Made by a program: the position numbers and the translations under genes. From Burkholderiales bacterium (lineage in GTDB: Bacteria; Pseudomonadota; Gammaproteobacteria; Burkholderiales; Burkholderiaceae_C): a DNA stretch of 64,000 bases. The stretch is from the NCBI GenBank assembly GCA_031419715.1, contig JANOLJ010000336.1:2050-66049 (forward strand). The letters run 5' to 3'. The notes beneath the pieces are model-generated. The model saw nothing but the letters and a program-made list of their open reading frames with translations. It searched no databases and was not told the origin of the DNA. Of this stretch, positions 19,813 to 29,597 are shown piece after piece (position 1 is the first letter of the stretch; every line of letters starts with the position of its first letter).

Positions 19813-21048
19813 ATGCAGAGATTTCCCCTGCGAAGGCCTCGCCAAGCCGTGGCAACTTTGGTCATCGCCTCGCTGCTGGGTTTCGTTTGCGAGAGCACAC
19901 GCGCCGAAGCCGATCCGTACTACTTGGGTGTGAGCCAGTCGCTGGGCCACAACTCGAACGTCTTCCGCACAGTCGCCAACGAGGTGCCCGATAAATTCGC
20001 GGTGACCAGCCTGAACCTGGGCTTTGACCAGCCGATCGGCAGGCAACGGGTTTTCGCCAATACCTCGATCCGCGCGACGCGATACGAAGACATCCGCACC
20101 CTCGACAACACCGGTTACGGCGTGAATGCCGGACTGGACTGGTCAACGATCGGGCGCTTGTCGGGCAACCTGGGTGTGTCATCGAACCAGGCCCTCGCCA
20201 ACTACGCTGCTTCGGGCGACCAGATGCAAATCACGAAGCGCAACCTGGAGACAAGCAGCCAGGCGAACCTGCGCGCCCAGCTAGGCGTGGCCTCGCTCCT
20301 GGCGCTGAACGCCGCGTTGTCGCACAGCGAAATCTCCTATACGGCGCCGGAGTACCAGACGTCGGAAGTGCGGCAGAACGTCGGGTCGATCGGCTTCACC
20401 TACAGGCCGAGCGGACTGTTGACCTTAGGCGGCTCATACCGTGCGACGCGCGGCGAGTACCCGAATGTTGTCGTCCCGAGCACTGGCAAGAAAGAGAGTT
20501 TCGATCGCAACGACGTCGACTTCACATCGATCTGGGTCGCCAGCGGCTTGAGCACGCTCAACGCGCGCCTGAGCTACGGGCGCTCCGTGTTCGAGGGACA
20601 AACCTTGCGCAATGTCAAGGGCGCCACAGGATCCCTGGGTTGGGACTGGAAGGCGACCGGCAAGCTCGCATTCAACACATTGCTCAGCCGTGACTCCGGA
20701 ACCGAAACCGCCTTGTTCGCGCTGGCGAACAACCTGGGCAGCGCCGTGGGTGACAACAGCGTGCAGACGAATGCCTTCGGTTTCGGCGGAACCTACGAGG
20801 CGAGTGCGAAGATTCGGGCGACCCTCGGCACCCGATACGCGCGGCGCGAAGTCCTCAGTGGCAGCGTCCTCGGTCGTGACAGCAGTTCCAGCGTCGCGCT
20901 GGGCGTAAGCTACGCAGCCTCACGCAGTTGGCTGCTGGGCTGCAATGCCTCGCGCGACGACAGCAAACCGTTGAACAACATGGCGACGGTCTCGACCCGC
21001 TACAGTGCCACTCAAGCAAGCTGCAACGTTCAGTTCACGATCCGATGA
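19813..21048 (+). CDS. putative outer-membrane beta-barrel protein associated with the polysaccharide module
   Basis: It has a signal peptide MQRFPLRRPRQAVATLVIASLLGFVCESTRA. The sequence is rich in G/S/N/Y/T/R with an alternating pattern typical of beta-barrels. GGAGA lies 7 nt upstream of ATG 19813, and the stop overlaps the galE ATG. Confidence 0.6.
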   Translation: MQRFPLRRPRQAVATLVIASLLGFVCESTRAEADPYYLGVSQSLGHNSNVFRTVANEVPDKFAVTSLNLGFDQPIGRQRVFANTSIRATRYEDIRTLDNTGYGVNAGLDWSTIGRLSGNLGVSSNQALANYAASGDQMQITKRNLETSSQANLRAQLGVASLLALNAALSHSEISYTAPEYQTSEVRQNVGSIGFTYRPSGLLTLGGSYRATRGEYPNVVVPSTGKKESFDRNDVDFTSIWVASGLSTLNARLSYGRSVFEGQTLRNVKGATGSLGWDWKATGKLAFNTLLSRDSGTETALFALANNLGSAVGDNSVQTNAFGFGGTYEASAKIRATLGTRYARREVLSGSVLGRDSSSSVALGVSYAASRSWLLGCNASRDDSKPLNNMATVSTRYSATQASCNVQFTIR

Positions 21049-22067
21049 CCCGACCCACGATTCTTCTGACCGGTGCGGCCGGCTATATCGGCTCGCACAC
21101 TTGGTTGGCGCTGCAAGCGGCGGGCTTTGACGTCATCGGCATCGACAACTTCAGCAACAGCTCGCCCCAAGTTCTGGATCGCCTCGCTCGCATCGCGTCG
21201 TTCAAGCCTGAATTTGTGCAGGCCGACGTTTGCGATGCTGGCGCATTGGACGCCGTCTTCGAGCAGCGCGACATTGCCGCGGTGGTGCACTTCGCTGCAC
21301 ACAAGGCAGTCGGGGAGAGCGCGGCCAAACCTTTGGCCTACTACGCGAACAATCTCGGCAGCCTGCTCACCTTGTGCCAGACCATGCAGCGCCGCGGTTG
21401 CAAGACTTTGGTGTTCAGCTCGAGCGCCACCGTCTATGGCAAACCCGAAAAACTGCCCATCCGAGAAGACGCCGCGCTGTCATCGACCAACCCCTACGGC
21501 GCCACGAAACTGATGGGCGAAAACATCCTGCGTGACTTGCAGCAGGCCGATCCCGCCTGGGCGATTGCGTTGTTGCGCTATTTCAATCCGGCAGGCGCCC
21601 ACGAGAGTGGCCTGATCGGCGAAGACCCGCGTGACACCCCCAACAACCTGATGCCCTATGTCAGTCAGGTTGCCGCGGGCAAGCGAGCGCGCTTGCAGGT
21701 TTTCGGCGATGACTACGACACGCCTGACGGCACCGGCGTGCGCGACTACATCCACGTGCTCGACCTCGCCGAAGGTCACGTGGCCGCTTTGCGCCATCTG
21801 CTCGACACGAAGCGTTCGATCACGGCGAATCTGGGCACGGGCCGTGGCTACAGCGTACTGGAGCTTGTTCGCGCCTTCGAGCGCGCGAGCGGGCGCATCG
21901 TGCCCTTTGACATCGTGGCGCGTCGCCCCGGCGACATCGACGCGTGTTACGCTGATCCGTCGTTGGCTCGGCAGGTTCTGGGCTGGCAAGGGCAGCGCGA
22001 TCTGGACGCGATGTGCGTCGATGCTTGGCGCTGGCAGCGCTTGAACCCCGACGGCATGGCCGGCTGA
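21045..22067 (+). CDS. galE: UDP-glucose 4-epimerase
   Basis: Rossmann motif TGAAGYIGSH and the catalytic YxxxK region (PYGATKLMGE) are present. ATG 21045 overlaps the upstream stop (ATGA). Confidence 0.92.
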   Translation: MTRPTILLTGAAGYIGSHTWLALQAAGFDVIGIDNFSNSSPQVLDRLARIASFKPEFVQADVCDAGALDAVFEQRDIAAVVHFAAHKAVGESAAKPLAYYANNLGSLLTLCQTMQRRGCKTLVFSSSATVYGKPEKLPIREDAALSSTNPYGATKLMGENILRDLQQADPAWAIALLRYFNPAGAHESGLIGEDPRDTPNNLMPYVSQVAAGKRARLQVFGDDYDTPDGTGVRDYIHVLDLAEGHVAALRHLLDTKRSITANLGTGRGYSVLELVRAFERASGRIVPFDIVARRPGDIDACYADPSLARQVLGWQGQRDLDAMCVDAWRWQRLNPDGMAG

Positions 22068-22130
22068 AGGTGTGCCTTGCACCAGTGGGCGCTTTGACAA
22101 ACTCGCCGGAACGGCATTCAGGAGCAACGA

Positions 22131-23600
22131 TTGGCAGGCATTGAAGTGCGCCCCGTCATCATGGCCGGCGGCAGCGGGACGCGGTTGTGGCCCTTGTCGC
22201 GCGCCCAGCATCCCAAGCAATTTCTGGTCTTGCACGGCGACCGAAGCCTGTTTCAACAAGCCGCCCGCCGCGTCGCAGGTTTGCGCGGGGCTGACCTGAA
22301 TGTCGGCGCGCCCAGCATTGTGTGCAACGAAGAACATCGCTTCCTGGTACTCGATCAGTTTCGCGAACTCGATCTTCCCGCGGCCACCCTGTTGCTCGAA
22401 CCGTCCGGGCGCAATACCGCACCGGCGATGACCTTGGCCGCGCTGCATGCGATTGAAGGTGGCGCGGACCCGGTACTCGCGGTCACTCCGGCGGACCAGA
22501 CGGTGATCGATGAGGCGGCCTTCGCCGTCGCATTGCAGCGCGCGGTACGCGCAGCGCACAGCGGAGCCATCGTGACGCTGGGTGTTGTTCCCGATCGCCC
22601 GGAAACCGGCTTCGGCTACATCCGCTGCGCACCAGCACCTGCGGACGCGCAGGCGGCATTGGCCGTCGAACAATTTGTTGAAAAGCCCGATCTCGCCACG
22701 GCGCAGCGCTACATCGACGCGGGGGGCTACTTCTGGAACAGCGGAATGTTCGTTGTGCGCGCCTCGGTGTGGCTGGCAGCAATCGAGACCTTCCGCGCCG
22801 ACATCTTCGCCGCGACACGCGCCGCCTGGGGGGCGCGCAGCATCGATGCGAGCTTCATCCGGCCGGGTCGCGCGGAGTTCGCAACCATTCCCTCGGAGTC
22901 GGTCGATTACGCGGTGATGGAGCGTGCCACATCGATAGGTGTCGCGTCACCACGCTTTGCGGTGCAAATGGTGCCATTGCAGGCCGGATGGTCCGACCTG
23001 GGCGCCTGGGACGCCGTATGGCAGGTCAGCGAGAAAGACGCCGCCGGGAACGCCAGCCGCGGCGACACCTTGCTCCAGGACTGTCGAGGCACGCTCGTGC
23101 ATGCGACGACGCGCCTGGTCGGCACGGTCGGCCTGGACAATGTGATCGTCGTTGAAACATCGGATGCAGTGCTCGTCGCCGATCGCAGCCGCAGCCAGGA
23201 CGTGAAGCACATCGTCGGCCAGTTGCAGGCGGCCAAGCGCAGCGAACATGTGCTGCCGCGCCAGGTGCACAGGCCGTGGGGCTGGTACGACAGCGTGGAC
23301 GAAGGCCCGCGCTTCAAGGTCAAGCGCATCATGGTCAAGCCAGGCGCATCACTGAGTCTGCAGATGCACCATCACCGAGCCGAGCATTGGATTGTCGTCA
23401 AAGGCACGGCAGAAGTGACGGTCGGCGAACGCGTGATTTTGCTCAGCGAGAACGAAAGCACCTTCATTCCGCTGGGCCAGAAGCACCGCTTGGCCAATCC
23501 CGGCAAGGTGCCGCTGGAGATCATCGAAGTGCAGTCGGGGAGCTATCTCGGTGAGGACGACATCGTTCGTTTTGAAGACACCTACGGTCGGGTGATCTGA
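22131..23600 (+). CDS. manC: mannose-1-phosphate guanylyltransferase / mannose-6-phosphate isomerase (type II PMI-GMP)
   Basis: It has an N-terminal GGSGTRLWPLSR motif and a C-terminal cupin (HHRAEHWIVVKGTA). A TTG start is at 22131, with an alternative GTG at 22146. Confidence 0.9.
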   Translation: MAGIEVRPVIMAGGSGTRLWPLSRAQHPKQFLVLHGDRSLFQQAARRVAGLRGADLNVGAPSIVCNEEHRFLVLDQFRELDLPAATLLLEPSGRNTAPAMTLAALHAIEGGADPVLAVTPADQTVIDEAAFAVALQRAVRAAHSGAIVTLGVVPDRPETGFGYIRCAPAPADAQAALAVEQFVEKPDLATAQRYIDAGGYFWNSGMFVVRASVWLAAIETFRADIFAATRAAWGARSIDASFIRPGRAEFATIPSESVDYAVMERATSIGVASPRFAVQMVPLQAGWSDLGAWDAVWQVSEKDAAGNASRGDTLLQDCRGTLVHATTRLVGTVGLDNVIVVETSDAVLVADRSRSQDVKHIVGQLQAAKRSEHVLPRQVHRPWGWYDSVDEGPRFKVKRIMVKPGASLSLQMHHHRAEHWIVVKGTAEVTVGERVILLSENESTFIPLGQKHRLANPGKVPLEIIEVQSGSYLGEDDIVRFEDTYGRVI

Positions 23601-23700
23601 ACCTCGCGGGCAGCAGAATCTACGTTGCTGGCCCCGATCGGATCGCCGCCACGGCCGAACGCTTGGGCGCGTTGAACGGGTGCCCTAGCGCCCCGCGATC

Positions 23701-26445
23701 TCAGGCCAGCCGCCCGTGGCACATCTTGTACTTCTTGCCGCTGCCACACGGACAAGGTTCATTGCGCCCGACTTTCGGCACCTGGGCAGCGAACATCGCG
23801 GGGTCGGGCTCTTGGGAGACGCTGCCGTCTTCGTTCGGGTGCGTGTACTGAACGTTCGAGATACGCTCAGCACGCGCTTCGATCGCTTCGGCGGCGCGCG
23901 CCGCCTCTTCCTCGGATTGAATGCGCAGGTTCATCAGGATGCGCGTCACGTCCATCTTCACGACGTCGAGCAACTGGGAAAACAGCTCGAACGCCTCGCG
24001 CTTGTACTCCTGCTTGGGGTTCTTTTGCGCATAGCCGCGCAAGTGAATGCCCTGGCGCAAATAGTCCAGGGCCGCCAGGTGTTCGCGCCAATGCGAATCG
24101 ATCGACTGCAACAGAATCATCCGCATGAACGGCGTGAATTGCTCTTGCCCGACGCGTTCGATCTTGGCCGCAAAGACGGCATTCGCCGCAGCGACAACTT
24201 TCGCGACGATGTCGTCATCAACGATGGCGTCACTCTTTTCGACGTCCTCGACCAAGCGCAAGTCGAGCTGCCATTCGTCATGCAAGACCCGCTCCAGCCC
24301 TTTCAAGTCCCATTGCTCCTCGACACTTTCCGCGGGAACAAAGGTGCGAACGATGTCCGCTATCGTGCTCTCGCGCAGGTTGGCGATTTGAGCGGTCAGG
24401 CTGTTTGCCTCAAGGATGTCGTTGCGCTGCTGGTAGATGACCTTGCGCTGGTCGTTCGCGACATCGTCGTATTCGAGCAACTGCTTGCGCACGTCGAAGT
24501 TTCGCGCTTCGACCTTGCGCTGTGCGCCCTCGATGCTGCGCGTGACGATGCCGGCTTCGATGGCCTCGCCGTCGGGCATTTTGAGGCGGTCCATGATGGC
24601 GCGCACGCGGTCGCCGGCGAAAATTCGCATGAGCGAGTCGTCGAGCGACAGATAGAAGCGCGACGATCCCGGGTCGCCCTGACGCCCTGAGCGGCCACGC
24701 AACTGGTTGTCAATGCGGCGCGACTCATGGCGTTCGGTGGCGATGATGCGCAGCCCGCCCTGCGCCTTCACCGCGTCGTGCAATCCCTGCCATTCGTCGT
24801 GAAACTGCCGCGCACGCGCCTCTTTGTCCGCCGAAGAGACGGCCTCGTCGGCGTTGAGAAACTTGATCTGGTTCTCGACATTGCCGCCCAGCACGATGTC
24901 GGTTCCCCGACCCGCCATGTTGGTGGCGATCGTGATCACCCCCGGGCGCCCTGCCTGCGCGACGATCTCGGCTTCCTTGGCGTGCTGCTTGGCGTTGAGC
25001 ACCTGATGTGGCAACTTGGCCTTTTCCAGCAGCCCCGAGACGAGTTCGGAGTTTTCGATCGACGTGGTTCCCACCAACACCGGTTGTCCGCGTTCGTGAC
25101 AATCGCGAATGTCCTCGATGACCGCTTCGTATTTCTCCCGGTTCGTCTTGTAGACGAGGTCAAGCTCGTCGCGGCGGATCGTCGGCTTGTTGGGCGGGAT
25201 GACGATGGTTTCCAGTCCGTAGATTTCCTGGAATTCGTAGGCTTCGGTGTCTGCTGTTCCCGTCATGCCGGCGAGCTTGCCGTACATGCGGAAATAGTTC
25301 TGGAACGTGATCGATGCGAGGGTCTGGTTTTCGCTCTGGATCTGCACGCCTTCTTTGGCTTCGACCGCCTGGTGCAGCCCGTCTGACCAGCGCCGGCCCG
25401 TCATCAGCCGGCCGGTGAATTCATCGACGATGATCACTTCGGCGTTCTGCACCACGTAATGCTGATCGCGGTTGTACAGGTGCTTGGCGCGCAGCGCCGC
25501 ATACACATGATGCATCAGCGTGATGTTGGCGGGGTCGTACAGGCTCGCTCCTTCGGCGAGCAGGCCTGTTTCCGACAACAGGCGTTCCGCGTTTTCATGG
25601 CCGTCTTCGGTCAGGAAAACCTGATGCGTTTTTTCGTCGACGGTGAAGTCACCCGGCTCAATCACGCCTTCACCCGTGCGCAGATCGAGCTCACCGATCT
25701 GCTTCTTGAGTTTCGGCACCACCGCGTTGATGCGCACGTAGAGTTCAGTGTGGTCCTCCGCCTGGCCGCTGATGATGAGCGGCGTGCGCGCTTCATCGAT
25801 GAGGATGGAGTCGACTTCGTCAACGATGGCGTAGGCCAGGCCGCGCGCCACACGGTCAGCCGTGTCCTGCACCATGTTGTCGCGCAGATAGTCGAACCCG
25901 AACTCGTTGTTGGTCCCGTATGTCACGTCGGAGGCGTAAGCCGCCTGCTTTTCCTCGCGCGACATTTGCGGCAAGTTGACGCCCACCGTCAGGCCGAGGA
26001 ACATGTAAAGACGCCCCATCCATTCGGCGTCGCGCCGCGCCAGATAGTCGTTCACGGTCACGACATGCACACCGCGGCCCGTGAGGGCATTCAGATAGAC
26101 CGGCAACGTGGCGGCCAGCGTCTTGCCCTCGCCGGTGCGCATTTCGGCGATTTTCCCGTTGTGCAGGGCGATGCCGCCCAACATCTGAACGTCAAAGTGA
26201 CGCATCTTCAGCGCGCGTTTGCTGGCTTCTCGCACCGTGGCATAGGCCTGCGGCAAAAGTGCCTCAAGCGTTTCACCTTTGCCCAGGCGTTCACGCAGTA
26301 TGCCGGTTCTCGCCTGTAGCGCTGCGTCGTCAAGCGCCTCAAGTTCTCCTTCGAGCGCGTTGATCTGCTCGACAACCCGCCTGTATTGCTTCAGCAGGCG
26401 TTCGTTGCGGCTACCGAATATCGAGGTAAGAAGCTTGGGCAACAT
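23701..26445 (-). CDS. secA: preprotein translocase ATPase SecA
   Basis: Full-length SecA. The N-terminus [19 protein letters not shown] matches the canonical SecA start (ATG 26445, and the ORF extends to 26472). The C-terminal zinc motif [14 protein letters not shown] is present. Confidence 0.97.
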   Translation of the reverse strand: MLPKLLTSIFGSRNERLLKQYRRVVEQINALEGELEALDDAALQARTGILRERLGKGETLEALLPQAYATVREASKRALKMRHFDVQMLGGIALHNGKIAEMRTGEGKTLAATLPVYLNALTGRGVHVVTVNDYLARRDAEWMGRLYMFLGLTVGVNLPQMSREEKQAAYASDVTYGTNNEFGFDYLRDNMVQDTADRVARGLAYAIVDEVDSILIDEARTPLIISGQAEDHTELYVRINAVVPKLKKQIGELDLRTGEGVIEPGDFTVDEKTHQVFLTEDGHENAERLLSETGLLAEGASLYDPANITLMHHVYAALRAKHLYNRDQHYVVQNAEVIIVDEFTGRLMTGRRWSDGLHQAVEAKEGVQIQSENQTLASITFQNYFRMYGKLAGMTGTADTEAYEFQEIYGLETIVIPPNKPTIRRDELDLVYKTNREKYEAVIEDIRDCHERGQPVLVGTTSIENSELVSGLLEKAKLPHQVLNAKQHAKEAEIVAQAGRPGVITIATNMAGRGTDIVLGGNVENQIKFLNADEAVSSADKEARARQFHDEWQGLHDAVKAQGGLRIIATERHESRRIDNQLRGRSGRQGDPGSSRFYLSLDDSLMRIFAGDRVRAIMDRLKMPDGEAIEAGIVTRSIEGAQRKVEARNFDVRKQLLEYDDVANDQRKVIYQQRNDILEANSLTAQIANLRESTIADIVRTFVPAESVEEQWDLKGLERVLHDEWQLDLRLVEDVEKSDAIVDDDIVAKVVAAANAVFAAKIERVGQEQFTPFMRMILLQSIDSHWREHLAALDYLRQGIHLRGYAQKNPKQEYKREAFELFSQLLDVVKMDVTRILMNLRIQSEEEAARAAEAIEARAERISNVQYTHPNEDGSVSQEPDPAMFAAQVPKVGRNEPCPCGSGKKYKMCHGRLA

Positions 26446-26645
26446 GCGGCGTTCAGGGTCGTTGAGTTTCAATGCGGGCGCAATTCGCGCCTCGGGTCAG
26501 CGCGACCCAACCGAGCGAATCTCGGGGAGAGCGCCAGCTCTCGCCACAACCCAGTGCGGCCCGATGAAGCCAGTGCCGGGCGTACCGTTTCCGGGTGACT
26601 ATTGGCCTACAGGGGCGCGAAAGTTTAGCACCGGCACCGCATCTT

Positions 26646-26663
26646 CCCTCGGCAAGCCGAGGG
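26646..26663 (-). other. GC-rich stem-loop (ccctcgg-cttg-ccgaggg) 16 nt downstream of the M23 peptidase stop; possible attenuator/terminator before secA
   Basis: A 7-bp perfect stem is seen in the sequence. No U-tract follows it, so function is uncertain. Confidence 0.25.
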
Positions 26664-26678
26664 CGCGGGCTTCCTAGA

Positions 26679-27791
26679 TCAAGGCTCGCTCGTCGCGCCC
26701 GATGCAGTGGCAGCCGCGGGCGCAGCGTCGATTGGGTTCGATTCGGCCTGCACCGCGGCAGGCGCACGGCGCACCTGGGGCGACACCACGGCAGTCTGTG
26801 GACGGGCCTCTTTGCGCAATGCCGCAACGGCCAGCGGCTTCATCGGCGTGGCGGCTAGCGGCGCCGGCGCGGCGCCGCGGCTGGCGAGGAATTTCGCGGG
26901 ATTCTGCGCCACGCCGTCCAGCCGCACTTCGAAGTGCAAGTGCGGCCCCGTGGAGCGACCGCTGTTGCCGATTTCGGCGATCTTCTGGCCTCGCTTGACG
27001 ATGTCTCCGATCTTGGCCAGTATTTTCGACGTATGGGCGTACCGCGTGACGACGCCTTGGCCGTGATCGAGTTCGATGACGTTTCCGTACTGCGGATGCT
27101 GTTCCGTCAACAAGACGACTCCGCCCGCTGCGGCGACGACCGGCGTACCGATCTCGCCGGGAAAATCAAGGCCCGCGTGCAAGGCCGCGACGCCGGTGAA
27201 TGGGTCGGGCCGGAAGCCAAAACCGGAGCCCATGGGAAGGTCCACCGGCTTGCTGTTCGGAATCATCAACGCCTGGAGACGGCTTTCGAACAGGCGAGAC
27301 TCGATCATGGTGAACAAGTCCGTGCGTTGGTCGGTTTGAACGTCCATGGCATCGACGATGCCGCGCAGTTGATCCAGCGACACAGAGCGCGCGGGCAGGA
27401 AAGGCCCCCCTTGTCCACCGCCGACGGTCGTCTTCAAAACGGGCCGGATGTCCTCGGGCTTCACGCCGACCATGCTCGATACGCGCTCACTCATGACTTC
27501 CAACTGAACCAGCTTGGCCTGCATTTCGCCCACCTTCTGGGCAATCGCATCCAGGTTCTCACGCAAAAAGCGGTCTCGTTGGGCGAACTCGTCGCGCACC
27601 ACGAGGCGCATGATCTGGCTCACGACCGGCCAGCCTTCTCGCGCGGCTTTCAGGAAAATGTAGTGATAGGCCAAGCCCGAAAGTAGGGTCAGGAGGATCG
27701 CGAAACCCGCTGCCGTGAGTGCCAACTGCCAGCGATTCAAGCGCAATACCCGGGTTCGCGCCAAGCTTCCATTCGTGATCAGAATCTGCAT
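26679..27791 (-). CDS. M23 family metallopeptidase (murein DD-endopeptidase-like)
   Basis: M23 motifs HAGLDF, ELDHG and GPHLHFEV are present, with an N-terminal TM helix and coiled region. I chose ATG 27791; the ORF extends to a TTG at 27830. Confidence 0.85.
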   Translation of the reverse strand: MQILITNGSLARTRVLRLNRWQLALTAAGFAILLTLLSGLAYHYIFLKAAREGWPVVSQIMRLVVRDEFAQRDRFLRENLDAIAQKVGEMQAKLVQLEVMSERVSSMVGVKPEDIRPVLKTTVGGGQGGPFLPARSVSLDQLRGIVDAMDVQTDQRTDLFTMIESRLFESRLQALMIPNSKPVDLPMGSGFGFRPDPFTGVAALHAGLDFPGEIGTPVVAAAGGVVLLTEQHPQYGNVIELDHGQGVVTRYAHTSKILAKIGDIVKRGQKIAEIGNSGRSTGPHLHFEVRLDGVAQNPAKFLASRGAAPAPLAATPMKPLAVAALRKEARPQTAVVSPQVRRAPAAVQAESNPIDAAPAAATASGATSEP

Positions 27792-27809
27792 CTCATTACA
27801 CTCCGTCGG

Positions 27810-28127
27810 GTGAATTCGAAACCACCCCAAGTCACTCCAAACGCGCTACCGATCGATCTGGTGTTGCAAAACAGCACCGCGCTGATCAGGCTGAAACAAC
27901 TCATGCGGGATTCATCGGCCCGCTTCGATGCCATTCGCCCCCACCTGCCGGCCCTCCTGGCTGCGCAAACCAAACCCGGCCCCATTGACGAACTGGGCTG
28001 GTCGCTGCTGGCCTCAAACGCGTCAGTGGCCGCAAAATTGCGCCAACTGCAACCCCGACTTGAGCAGATATTGCAGGAGCGGGGTTGGCAGGTTAGCTCA
28101 ATAAGGATCAAGGTTCAACCGAACTGA
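27810..28127 (+). CDS. dciA: DUF721 protein, DciA-like (candidate replicative helicase operator)
   Basis: A small protein with DUF721-like sequence (..LLASNASVAAKLRQLQPRLEQILQERGWQVSSIRIKV). It is divergent from an M23 peptidase-secA pair, which is the arrangement I recall around Pseudomonas dciA. The GTG start at 27810 is uncertain. Confidence 0.6.
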   Translation: MNSKPPQVTPNALPIDLVLQNSTALIRLKQLMRDSSARFDAIRPHLPALLAAQTKPGPIDELGWSLLASNASVAAKLRQLQPRLEQILQERGWQVSSIRIKVQPN

Positions 28128-28154
28128 CCCCGAGGCGGGCTTGTTCGCGTGCAT

Positions 28155-28230
28155 TGGTGCCGGCTGTCCGAATCGAACGGACGACCTTCCGCTTACAAGG
28201 CGGGTGCTCTACCAACTGAGCTAAGCCGGC
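28155..28230 (-). tRNA. tRNA-Thr (anticodon UGU)
   Basis: The reverse complement GCCGGCTTAGCTCAGTTGGTAGAGCACCCGCCTTGTAAGCGGAAGGTCGTCCGTTCGATTCGGACAGCCGGCACCA folds as a cloverleaf. It has a 7-bp acceptor stem, GCTC/GAGC D stem, CTTGTAA anticodon loop, GTTCGATTC T loop and an encoded CCA. Confidence 0.93.
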
Positions 28231-28310
28231 GATTCTCAGGTCGAACTGCCGTCATCCCAAACGGTTTGGCAATGGTGACCCCGGTATCTGACTACCGCCA
28301 GCGGTATTTT

Positions 28311-28336
28311 GCGTCAAGTTGCGTCTCACTTGACGC
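28311..28336 (-). other. 9-bp-stem hairpin (gcgtcaagt / acttgacgc) overlapping the sspB stop codon; possible terminator and/or part of the tRNA-Thr promoter region
   Basis: A perfect inverted repeat is seen in the sequence, and its arm contains TTGACG on the minus strand upstream of the tRNA. Function is not established. Confidence 0.25.
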
Positions 28337-28856
28337 GCTTTAGCGATGGGCGTCCGCCGCCGACGGGTTCCGAGGGGTCGGTGTCGGTCGGCTCTGGTTC
28401 GGCAGCTGCCGCGCTTTCTTCCGGCTCCAACAAAGCGAGGCGTGGTCCGCGAACAAGGGAGGTGGCAGGCCCATCACTGGCGGAGGCTGGCGCTGTCCCT
28501 CGAGCGTTTGCCGGCGATGGAAACGCCATCCCCTGCCCGTTCTCGCGCGCATAGATGGCAATGACACGATCCACCGGAACGACGATTTCACGGGAAACCC
28601 CGCCAAAGCGCGCCTTGAATTCAATGACCTCGTTGCCGATGTTCAGTGCGGTCGTCGCCTCGAATCCGAGGTTGAGCACGATCTCGGATTCCTTGACGTA
28701 TTCCATGGGCACGCGAACCCGCGCATCCACGAATACCGCGATATAGGGAGTGAATCCGTTGTCGGTGCACCAGTCGTGCAAAGCCCGGATCAAATAGGGC
28801 CGCGTTGACGAACCTGCGACGTTTGGCGCGATCGGCGGGTTACTCATGACAGGCAT
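28326..28856 (-). CDS. sspB: stringent starvation protein B (ClpXP specificity enhancer)
   Basis: It has the conserved N-terminal domain RPYLIRALHDWCTDNGFTPYI..VLNL and an acidic tail ending in a ClpX-binding-like LKRVK. It lies downstream of sspA. Confidence 0.9.
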   Translation of the reverse strand: MPVMSNPPIAPNVAGSSTRPYLIRALHDWCTDNGFTPYIAVFVDARVRVPMEYVKESEIVLNLGFEATTALNIGNEVIEFKARFGGVSREIVVPVDRVIAIYARENGQGMAFPSPANARGTAPASASDGPATSLVRGPRLALLEPEESAAAAEPEPTDTDPSEPVGGGRPSLKRVK

Positions 28857-28871
28857 TCACGCAAGTCAACG

Positions 28872-29483
28872 TTATTTGCGCATCACCTTTTCGGAAGGTG
28901 TCAGCGCCTCGATATACGCCGGGCGGGAGAAAATCCGCTCGGCGTACTTCAGCAGCGGCACCGCGTTCTTCGACATGTCGATGCCGTAGTAGTCAAGCCG
29001 CCACAACAAGGGTGCGATGGCGACGTCGAGCATCGAGAAGTCGTCGCCCAACATGTATTTGTTCTTTAGGAATATCGGCGCGAGTTGCGTCAGGCGGTCA
29101 CGAATCTGCGAGCGCGCCTTTTCGAGTTGCTTGTCGCTGGGCTTGACGCCTCGCGCCTCCAGCAGATTCACGTTCGCGAACAACTCCTTCTCAAAGTTCA
29201 GGAGAAACAGGCGGACCCGCGCACGCGCCACGGGATCCCCGGGCATCAACTGCGGATGCGGGAATCGCTCATCAATGTACTCGTTGATGATGTGTGACTC
29301 GTACAGGATGAGGTCGCGTTCGACGAGGATTGGCACCTCGTTGTAAGGGTTCATCAGGGCGATGTCTTCCGGCTTGGCGAACAAGTCGACGTCGCGAATC
29401 TCGAAGTCCATGCCCTTTTCGAACAGCACGAAACGACACCTGTGGGAATAGGGGCAGGTCGTTCCGGAGTAAAGCACCATCAT
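28872..29483 (-). CDS. sspA: stringent starvation protein A (GST-like)
   Basis: A GST-fold sequence starting MMVLYSGTTCPYSHRCRFVLFEKG, in an sspA-sspB pair. Confidence 0.93.
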   Translation of the reverse strand: MMVLYSGTTCPYSHRCRFVLFEKGMDFEIRDVDLFAKPEDIALMNPYNEVPILVERDLILYESHIINEYIDERFPHPQLMPGDPVARARVRLFLLNFEKELFANVNLLEARGVKPSDKQLEKARSQIRDRLTQLAPIFLKNKYMLGDDFSMLDVAIAPLLWRLDYYGIDMSKNAVPLLKYAERIFSRPAYIEALTPSEKVMRK

Positions 29484-29597
29484 GGTGGTGGCTCCTGGTT
29501 GAATTCAGTTCAAGGGCGAAAAACGGAGACAAACCACGGCAGCGGTACGCACTGCCGCAGTTGGGACACCGTGTTCAAGGGATGCAATGAGTGCCGC

